Below are positions 57,340 to 64,000 of a stretch of 64,000 nucleotides of DNA, in pieces. The position numbers and the translations under genes are program-made. Numbering within the stretch: the first letter of the stretch is position 1; each line of letters begins with the position of its first letter. The notes under the pieces were generated by a model. It was not told the origin of the DNA. It saw only the letters and a list, made by a program, of their open reading frames with translations, and searched no databases. Where the stretch lies: sequence record PP886230.1; one strand, given 5' to 3'.

Positions 57340-57374
57340 TAAGGTGACAACATAATATGTTAGTCACCTTTTTT
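57340..57374 (+). terminator. bidirectional terminator-like hairpin
   Basis: AAGGTGAC-AACAT/ATGTT-A-GTCACCTT-TTTTT. Confidence 0.65.
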
Positions 57375-57890
57375 TAATCCTGAAAGGTTCCCATAAGGAA
57401 ATGATTAAAAGCCTAATCCACTCGAAAATGTAGAGGGTAGATGAGTAGTCCTTTCAGTACGAACAGCAGATGAAACCCGTTAGATGATGGCATAGTTTGA
57501 ACCACTCACGGCAATGCGGCTGTATAAAGAACTCCAATAGGATAAAGAGAGTTCCTCGATAGACATATAAGGATCGCACCTTACCAATTATCTAAGGGAG
57601 ATTTCATAAGAAATATGCGGTCGGAATTATACAATATAGTTGCGTCCAAATTTTGTGAAATCAAATACAAGTACTGGTCATATGGTATTTGTATTATGTG
57701 TCGGGATGTTTAAGACCGACGACCGTTGCTACAAGAACCGCGATAGAGAGAAACAGAGCAACCCGCTTTCGTCTCGTAAGAGAATTCGTGATATGAACTA
57801 TGTGAAGGCCACCAGCGTCAAACTTTTTTGTTCTTTCCCCTGCGGGGGGATGAAATATGCTCAAGCAAACCCCGTCAATATTAATTAAAA
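57375..57890 (+). ncRNA. ~500-nt structured non-coding island (large ncRNA candidate)
   Basis: visibly higher GC than flanks; several helices; no RBS-led ORF; strand assumed. Confidence 0.45.
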
Positions 57891-57990
57891 GAAAATAGTA
57901 CTTGTAGAATTAGACATGCGTAGCATGGTAATTCTACTGATGTTGATGAAATCAACGTCACGTATATTCATTGATGTTTCCATAGGAATA

Positions 57991-58536
57991 ATGATGGCAT
58001 TTATTAGAAAACAAAAAACTTTTACCTATAAGACTTTGGATTTTGTTGATTGTGAAAACCAATTACAAGATGAAGATAACTTTACAGGATTTGTTGTTAT
58101 TAAAGAAAAAGGATGCATTTCTTACATAAAGGAATTACAGAACGGCATTGAAGTTACTTCAGTCAAATTACTTCCTACACAAAAACCAACAATATTAAAA
58201 GCACAGTATGGTAATTATTTCGAGGAAAGATATAGTAATAATTTAATAAGTGTTAAGGCTTATATTATAAAAGGAGAACTAGAAGGAGAATATAGAAAAT
58301 ACAACCCACAAGGAAAATGTGTTTGGGTTAAATACTTCAATTCAGGAAATGATGTAACATCTGAAATAATTGAGTTTTTAGGTTTAACATGTACCCCTGA
58401 AACTCTTCATGATTACAAATTTAATACTGAAGAAGAGTTTAATCTGATGATGCGTTATGGTTCACATTTTAAATTTTTGTATGAATATAACATTGACAGT
58501 AGTACTTTTGATAAGATAGTACAGAACTGTCTATAA
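57991..58536 (+). CDS. hypothetical protein with a MORN/YwqK-like repeat
   Basis: GELEGEYRKYNPQGK; start moved from 57916. Confidence 0.6.
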   Translation: MMAFIRKQKTFTYKTLDFVDCENQLQDEDNFTGFVVIKEKGCISYIKELQNGIEVTSVKLLPTQKPTILKAQYGNYFEERYSNNLISVKAYIIKGELEGEYRKYNPQGKCVWVKYFNSGNDVTSEIIEFLGLTCTPETLHDYKFNTEEEFNLMMRYGSHFKFLYEYNIDSSTFDKIVQNCL

Positions 58537-58552
58537 CAAAAGGATTTATAAC

Positions 58553-59074
58553 ATGTCGAAGAAGGATACTTCGAACAAACATTCAGTACACTTCAGTACT
58601 GGTAAAGATAACTGGACAACTCCAAAAGATTTCTTTGAAGAGTTAGATGAGTTATGGGGATTTACGCTTGATGCTGCTTGTGTTGATGAGACTGCATTAT
58701 GTGAGAATTATTTTACACCAAATGATGATTCTCTTTCACAGGATTGGGGAAAGAATATAGTTTGGTTGAACCCTCCATATAGTGATTTGAAAACATGGTT
58801 ATCTAAAGCAGTAGATGCGTATAATAAAGGGGCAACTGTATTAATTCTTGTACCATCAAGAACGGATACTATAGCTTTTCAGGATTATGCTGCGAAAGTT
58901 TGTGATTGTATTTGTTTTATTAAGGGAAGGTTACGATTTGGTATCCCAGAAGAACCAGAGAAGAAAACAGATTCAGCACCATTTCCTTCGTGTCTGATAG
59001 TACTAGATAAGTACTTAACCACTGCTAAAATCAATTATCTTAAATCTCTTGGATTGGTGATGAAGAATTTATGA
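58553..59074 (+). CDS. dam: DNA N6-adenine methyltransferase, phage T1/HP1 Dam-like family
   Basis: WTTPKDFF, FTLDAAC, DSLSQDW, VWLNPPYS (motif IV), LVPSRTDT; target sequence unknown. Confidence 0.9.
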   Translation: MSKKDTSNKHSVHFSTGKDNWTTPKDFFEELDELWGFTLDAACVDETALCENYFTPNDDSLSQDWGKNIVWLNPPYSDLKTWLSKAVDAYNKGATVLILVPSRTDTIAFQDYAAKVCDCICFIKGRLRFGIPEEPEKKTDSAPFPSCLIVLDKYLTTAKINYLKSLGLVMKNL

Positions 59075-59604
59075 AAGAAACATGTATATTATCATTTATG
59101 AGATGTAACCCAGTCCACAATGGTCATGGTTTAGTTTTTGAAAAGGCCAAAACATTACAAGAACAGTACAATGCAGATTTGAAAATATATCTAAGCACCA
59201 GTACTGATAATATAAAAAACCCGCTTCCTCCTGAATTAAAGATGTATTACACTGAGGGTTTCTATCCTTCGGTTCAAGAAAACATTTATACTGAAGATAA
59301 TCTTTTTGATATAATGCGTGAATTAGATGGAAAATATTTAGATGTATTTTTTATATGTGGTTCAGACCGTATTGATTCTTTTCAGAAAACACTTGACAGT
59401 TACAATGGGAAGTTGTATAATTTTTGTAATATAAAAGCAATTCAAGCAGGTATTGACCGCCAATCAAGTCAATATAGCTCAACACAAATGCGTAACTTCG
59501 CAAAAAATGAAGATTTTGATAGTTTTCGTGAGTTTTTACCTGGAAATGACGAGGACTTAAAAATACAATTATTTGAAGACGTTATAAAATACATGAGGAA
59601 ATAA
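59071..59604 (+). CDS. HIGH-superfamily nucleotidyltransferase (cytidyltransferase/NMNAT-like)
   Basis: RCNPVHNGH (HxGH), NPL, CGSDR, YSSTQMR. Confidence 0.85.
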   Translation: MKETCILSFMRCNPVHNGHGLVFEKAKTLQEQYNADLKIYLSTSTDNIKNPLPPELKMYYTEGFYPSVQENIYTEDNLFDIMRELDGKYLDVFFICGSDRIDSFQKTLDSYNGKLYNFCNIKAIQAGIDRQSSQYSSTQMRNFAKNEDFDSFREFLPGNDEDLKIQLFEDVIKYMRK

Positions 59605-59606
59605 TT

Positions 59607-59900
59607 ATGTCAGTACTGTTCAAAACCAATCCAGTACTTTGGGATCAAAATGAGCAATCAGGATTTCGTTCCATCCATGTTGAATACAAAGGTAATACTG
59701 TAGTTGCAATTATTGCTAACAAAACTCTAGGAAACTGGACTGCACAGGTTGTTCCTATGGGATATTCTTACACATCTGATGAGGTTCAATTCCTGGCTGA
59801 ACTATATCGTCAAGTGCCGTTTATCATTAATGTACTAGAAGGTAATGATACATTATCACATGCAGATGTGATTAATTTTCTTGGAAACTTGCATGTGTGA
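59607..59900 (+). CDS. hypothetical protein
   Basis: GAGG RBS. Confidence 0.75.
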   Translation: MSVLFKTNPVLWDQNEQSGFRSIHVEYKGNTVVAIIANKTLGNWTAQVVPMGYSYTSDEVQFLAELYRQVPFIINVLEGNDTLSHADVINFLGNLHV

Positions 59901-60180
59901 TGAAATAAATCTTACAGGATATTTTTTACAAGAATCAATGATTAAATTTAGTGATAAATTTTCAGTACTGGATGGTATCGAAATGTGGCATGTCAAACCA
60001 CTGTTCCACACTTTCAGTAAAGAGCACAAAATGTTATTGACTGAAGCCAGTAAATCAAATAACATATGTGAAATCAAAATTGGTGTAAATGTCTATAAAG
60101 GGATGGTTATCTTTTTTGACAATAACAGCAACTACTTTTATATTGTTAAGGAGCATTACGTTGACAAATACAAATACTAA
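59893..60180 (+). CDS. hypothetical protein
   Basis: coupled. Confidence 0.7.
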   Translation: MCDEINLTGYFLQESMIKFSDKFSVLDGIEMWHVKPLFHTFSKEHKMLLTEASKSNNICEIKIGVNVYKGMVIFFDNNSNYFYIVKEHYVDKYKY

Positions 60181-60775
60181 TACATACTTCCGTTATCTTC
60201 GCTTAGGTCTTTCCCTACGTCCGATCCGTGGAAAGTGCGATTCACTCGCTGACCTTGACTATGCATATGCATTACATCATGAAGGTGTACAGTATGTATT
60301 GGGTGATTATGGTGAATTTGAAGAAACAAATGACAGTACTGGAATTAATGCTGGTGTAGAAAATCTTAACAACATTGCTAACAGTTCTCGCCATGACATT
60401 GTGTTACAGATTCAAAACTTTATTGAGCAACACACAGGCAAACGTGTTTGGTGCTATGTCGGTACTGATGCACAAATGTCAATTTCATTCGGTAACGATG
60501 AAGGATATGTTGCACAGCTTATTATGGATTTTGAATCTGAAGAGAAGTTTTTAGAATTCAAAGAAAAGATTATTCAGTCACTTGTTGATATGGGTATCCC
60601 CGAAGATAAAATGCCAGAAGTCCAAAACATTGATGAATTTGTTTTGATTCCATCTGATGAGAAATATGATGCAATGTTTACTGCTCTTAATATTCCAGGA
60701 GTTATTGTGGAGTACTTTGATGATGGTGATGATAGTATCTATATCGATCTAGATGACGATGACGACGATGAATAA
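60161..60775 (+). CDS. acidic hypothetical protein (TTG start)
   Basis: AAGGAG RBS; terminator at 60781-60809. Confidence 0.75.
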   Translation: MTNTNTNTYFRYLRLGLSLRPIRGKCDSLADLDYAYALHHEGVQYVLGDYGEFEETNDSTGINAGVENLNNIANSSRHDIVLQIQNFIEQHTGKRVWCYVGTDAQMSISFGNDEGYVAQLIMDFESEEKFLEFKEKIIQSLVDMGIPEDKMPEVQNIDEFVLIPSDEKYDAMFTALNIPGVIVEYFDDGDDSIYIDLDDDDDDE

Positions 60776-60821
60776 TGTACATAGCCCGACATAAGTTCGG
60801 GCTATTTTTGTAAGGGGATAT

Positions 60822-61097
60822 ATGAATTATAAAGTTCTACAATATACATACAGTGTTTTGTTTGATTTACATCACAATGGAAGATATCTCAATACAATAC
60901 GAGAAAACACATTCACTCATACTATCTGGATTAATCACTTAATAATGATACGTGAATATTTTGTTAATAGTGAGATAATCATTCGTGGTAAAAAACAGAA
61001 GATAGAACAAGTTAATAGTTTTGGTGGTAAATTAGTACTATCATTTATAGATAGTAATACTAATGAAAGATATAGTATAGATTTGGTGGACATATGA
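60822..61097 (+). CDS. family C paralog
   Basis: LQYTYSVLFDL. Confidence 0.8.
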   Translation: MNYKVLQYTYSVLFDLHHNGRYLNTIRENTFTHTIWINHLIMIREYFVNSEIIIRGKKQKIEQVNSFGGKLVLSFIDSNTNERYSIDLVDI

Positions 61098-61360
61098 ATT
61101 ATAAAGATTTCCTACTAACATACAAGATTATTCGAGATTTAGCACACGACAATGATAGCCCTAGTCTAGAAGACACATGCACTGAAATGATTCATACGAT
61201 TCGTGGTAAGATTAAAAAAAAATTCAGTACTGTTATTATTGGTGATGACCATGCAGAATTTTCTGATATAATCATTAGACGTGATGGTAAAGTTGAGGTT
61301 CAGTACTACACTGATTTTGGATTTACCAGTATTCCGTTGGAGATATTCCCTTGGGATTAA
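61094..61360 (+). CDS. family C paralog
   Basis: FLLTYKIIRDL. Confidence 0.8.
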   Translation: MNYKDFLLTYKIIRDLAHDNDSPSLEDTCTEMIHTIRGKIKKKFSTVIIGDDHAEFSDIIIRRDGKVEVQYYTDFGFTSIPLEIFPWD

Positions 61361-61662
61361 ATTTAAATGATATACAATTCACTTATAAGATCCTATATGA
61401 TTTGTATGATGTATACCTTGTTAGTAACAACATAGGTTCACATAACCCATACAAAGAACAACCATTTATTGATTTATATATTGAGTACTTAGATTCAGTA
61501 GGTGAATATATAAAAAAGAATTACAGTACTTTTATCGATGGAAATGATATATTCGAGTTCTCTGGAGTTAAATCATACAATGGGATTATCCATGTTGAAT
61601 TTCTTGAAATAACCGATAGGGGATTTATCGAGATTAAAGTTGTGAAGTTGGTGAATTTATAA
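61351..61662 (+). CDS. family C paralog
   Basis: IQFTYKILYDL. Confidence 0.8.
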   Translation: MGLNLNDIQFTYKILYDLYDVYLVSNNIGSHNPYKEQPFIDLYIEYLDSVGEYIKKNYSTFIDGNDIFEFSGVKSYNGIIHVEFLEITDRGFIEIKVVKLVNL

Positions 61663-61672
61663 GAGGTTACAT

Positions 61673-61984
61673 ATGTTATTAAATGATATACAATTCACAT
61701 ACAAATTTTTGTATATCCAATACGCTACGGTTGATGCTGGAGAATATCTCTACAGTGAAATCTATCGTTCGGTATGGATAAAGTTTTTGGATGAATTACA
61801 TGAATATTACCATGATTTGTGTATAGTTCGTGATAATAAAATATACAAATTTCGCGATATTGTTAGTCATAGCGGTAAGCTACGATTGGAATTAAGTACT
61901 GATAGTGATGTTGATTGGATTGGTGTAAATTTACTGGAATTGAAGAATGAAAAACAACTTAAAGGAAATACAAGTATTTTATAA
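61673..61984 (+). CDS. family C paralog
   Basis: IQFTYKFLY. Confidence 0.8.
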   Translation: MLLNDIQFTYKFLYIQYATVDAGEYLYSEIYRSVWIKFLDELHEYYHDLCIVRDNKIYKFRDIVSHSGKLRLELSTDSDVDWIGVNLLELKNEKQLKGNTSIL

Positions 61985-62231
61985 ATTCTTATACTTATCA
62001 TATGTAAAAGATGAGTACTATGAAAGTGTATATTATTTTTTATGGCAACATTACCGTACTATAGTAAGAGATTTATATATAGGAAAATCTATCATATCCA
62101 ATGGTGAAAAATGTATCTGTACGGATGTAGTTAGTTTTAATGGTTCTTTAACACTGTGTTTCAGATGCGATAATAATAGTGGGTCATTTTCATTAAACGT
62201 ATATCAGTTAGAAGGAATAAATTTTGAATAA
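61947..62231 (+). CDS. family C paralog
   Basis: IQVFYKFLY. Confidence 0.8.
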   Translation: MKNNLKEIQVFYKFLYLSYVKDEYYESVYYFLWQHYRTIVRDLYIGKSIISNGEKCICTDVVSFNGSLTLCFRCDNNSGSFSLNVYQLEGINFE

Positions 62232-62424
62232 ATGTCCATATTGTAACAGTACTCAATTAGCTCGTTTCCGTTTAGATTCAGACTGGGCGACTGGTGCTGG
62301 TGATTTCTTCCCTATTAATGATGATGCAGAATACACCGAAGAACAGCACAAAGATTTTGATAAATCATGGCGACCTGACATTGAGTGCATTTATTGCCTT
62401 AATTGTGAGCGTGTTCATGACTAA
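62224..62424 (+). CDS. small zinc-ribbon protein
   Basis: CPYC...CLNC. Confidence 0.7.
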   Translation: MNKCPYCNSTQLARFRLDSDWATGAGDFFPINDDAEYTEEQHKDFDKSWRPDIECIYCLNCERVHD

Positions 62425-62680
62425 AGCTGAACTAATAGTTCATACATATAAAATGATATCAAGTACTGAGTTATCATATAGTGCAGATAATCCAGTACTG
62501 GATTATTTTGTTGAATTATTGAAAGAGCATTATATTGGTAAATCACTGATTCTTAATAATATTAATTTCACGGTAAAGGATGTAGCACCTGGAAAAAACG
62601 TACTAATAGTATGTGTTACTTCATCTGATAACCCAGTATACCCAATATCAATAATTTTTGAGATATTAGGAGATTTATGA
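62417..62680 (+). CDS. family C paralog
   Basis: IVHTYKMI; start moved from 62294. Confidence 0.75.
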   Translation: MTKAELIVHTYKMISSTELSYSADNPVLDYFVELLKEHYIGKSLILNNINFTVKDVAPGKNVLIVCVTSSDNPVYPISIIFEILGDL

Positions 62681-62967
62681 ATATCATTTTAATGCAGAAA
62701 ACATATGCTATATTGGTGAAAGATTATTCCATTACTTTCGATTCACAAGAAAGTGCTCTACATAACCTATACAAAAACGTAACACAAGAATACAGAAATA
62801 TGTTTTCTGACTTAGTAGTAGGAAGGTATTTCAGTACTAGAAAATACCCAAAACTTCAAATAGTTGATGTTTCTTTTTATTTCAATGGTCATATTACTAT
62901 TCATAGTTTAGACCAAGATTCAACAACGTACTTAAACTTTTCATTTGATGAGGTAACATTTTTATGA
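62677..62967 (+). CDS. family C paralog
   Basis: MQKTYAILVKD. Confidence 0.75.
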   Translation: MNIILMQKTYAILVKDYSITFDSQESALHNLYKNVTQEYRNMFSDLVVGRYFSTRKYPKLQIVDVSFYFNGHITIHSLDQDSTTYLNFSFDEVTFL

Positions 62968-63140
62968 GAACAGTATTTTTTATCTGGAGTCTTTTTTCAT
63001 TGGCAGTACTGACAGTATGTGGGATTTGTTTCCTTTCATCAATTAATACTTGGTATATCAATTTACTATTTCCATTTGTCGGTGTTGGTTTAGGGTTTAC
63101 TTTGCATAGTGTATGTAAGGATTACAATGAGAACAAATGA
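62964..63140 (+). CDS. small two-TM membrane protein (58 aa)
   Basis: GAGG RBS, ATGA-coupled, two hydrophobic segments. Confidence 0.6.
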   Translation: MRTVFFIWSLFSLAVLTVCGICFLSSINTWYINLLFPFVGVGLGFTLHSVCKDYNENK

Positions 63141-63405
63141 AGTACTTATTGCTGAAACAATGAAGATGATTTACAATATCACGTCAGCACAGAATATGCC
63201 CTATCCAACTAAGTCTTTATTGAGGACTGTGTATCTGGGGATAGTACAGGAGTACTACAAATCCAAGCACCGAAGCATTATTAGTGTTTATCGTGATTAT
63301 GAAAGGATTCGTATTTTATTCTGGAACAAGAATCGAGTACGTTCTGAATGTGACCTAGTGGACTTTAAATTAGAGAATCTTTATTGCTATAAACAGGGAC
63401 AATAG
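63127..63405 (+). CDS. family C-like paralog
   Basis: IAETMKMIYNI. Confidence 0.65.
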   Translation: MRTNEVLIAETMKMIYNITSAQNMPYPTKSLLRTVYLGIVQEYYKSKHRSIISVYRDYERIRILFWNKNRVRSECDLVDFKLENLYCYKQGQ

Positions 63406-63463
63406 TTTAATTCATGATATAATAATGGGTAAGGAACAATAATTAACACAAGGAGTGTGTGAA

Positions 63464-64000
63464 ATGCTTGACCGTATCCGTTTCGCTACAGAGATGGCGA
63501 ATGAATTAAACATGGCAAATTTCCAAATGTTAACATCAGTAATGGCTGAACATGCATGTGCTTATTCTGTAAGTGGTGTGCAGTGTGGTCAGGAGAATAT
63601 GTTAGCAGATGTTTATAGTGAAGTGCAAAGTAAGCAATATAGTGTAAAGACATATAAGGATAAGTTTGTTAGTCTTTATATGAACGAAGATATTGCCGAA
63701 GACCGTAAATTCACTGATTTTATTATTGAACGCCGAGTATCAGGTGTATCTAATCCTAATGCATCAAGCGAGGAAGTTTTTGCAGAAGTACTGAAAGATA
63801 TATACGAAAATGAATTAAAAAGTAAGAATCATTACAATGTACGTGAAACTAACACAGTGCTCTTGGGATATGATGAAGACGAAGAATACTATTATTTTCG
63901 TATGACTGAAGTTCCTTTTGAATACAAATCTCCATATACAACTACAGTGAAAGAATTTACTGAAAAAAGTAAAAACTTCATGAAGCATGAAGGAAATCGT
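63464..64000 (+). CDS. hypothetical protein, truncated by the window end; possible PD-(D/E)xK nuclease-like
   Basis: AAGGAG RBS, open to the end; EHA...LADV...YSVK pattern. Confidence 0.55.
   Translation, partial: MLDRIRFATEMANELNMANFQMLTSVMAEHACAYSVSGVQCGQENMLADVYSEVQSKQYSVKTYKDKFVSLYMNEDIAEDRKFTDFIIERRVSGVSNPNASSEEVFAEVLKDIYENELKSKNHYNVRETNTVLLGYDEDEEYYYFRMTEVPFEYKSPYTTTVKEFTEKSKNFMKHEGNR

Noticed and set aside
1002-57353. Minus-strand ORFs and short overlapping alternative-frame plus-strand ORFs in the ORF track
   Set aside because: They lie over RBS-led, coupled plus-strand genes or repeat DNA, lack RBSs and show no recognisable motifs; treated as shadow ORFs.
57375-57890. Island as tmRNA, RNase P RNA, group I intron, or CDS 57640-57888
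   Set aside because: No tRNA-like ends or T-loop, no GAGGAAAGUCC, no P7 R/S pair, flanks are not a split gene, and the ORF has a TTG start without an RBS.
1-64000. CRISPR array, tRNA or rRNA genes, IS element, integrase
   Set aside because: No regularly spaced repeat-spacer units, cloverleafs, transposase or recombinase motifs seen by eye; a tRNAscan-SE run would confirm.

Overview
The window reads as 64 kb of a large, AT-rich lytic phage genome that relies on host sigma70 promoters. Its architecture resembles enterobacterial jumbo phages of the GAP32/CBB/RAK2 type; this is inference, not a database match. All credible genes are on the + strand. (1) 1-~20 kb looks like an early or terminal-repeat region: ~1.6 kb of non-coding repeats, then about 45 short cassettes of promoter + 5' hairpin + small gene. 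These include a TraR/DksA-type Zn-finger protein, a GNAT acetyltransferase, a protein kinase-like protein, a probable H-NS homologue with an altered DNA-binding motif and a possible RelE/ParE-fold protein. Two families of promoter-driven non-coding elements are interspersed. (2) ~20.2-54 kb is more AT-rich and is filled with translationally coupled paralog arrays: 26 consecutive 65-95 aa 'GT[ND]xQ' proteins (family A; about 30 in total) and about 45 proteins sharing an acidic-xx-FQxS[LT] motif (family B). (3) 54-64 kb holds hypothetical genes, a ~500-nt structured non-coding island, a phage Dam-family N6-adenine methyltransferase, a HIGH-motif nucleotidyltransferase and a third paralog array (family C). 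The palindrome AGTACT (often CAGTACTG) is strongly over-represented throughout. I saw no tRNA, rRNA, CRISPR array, integrase, transposase or virion structural gene.
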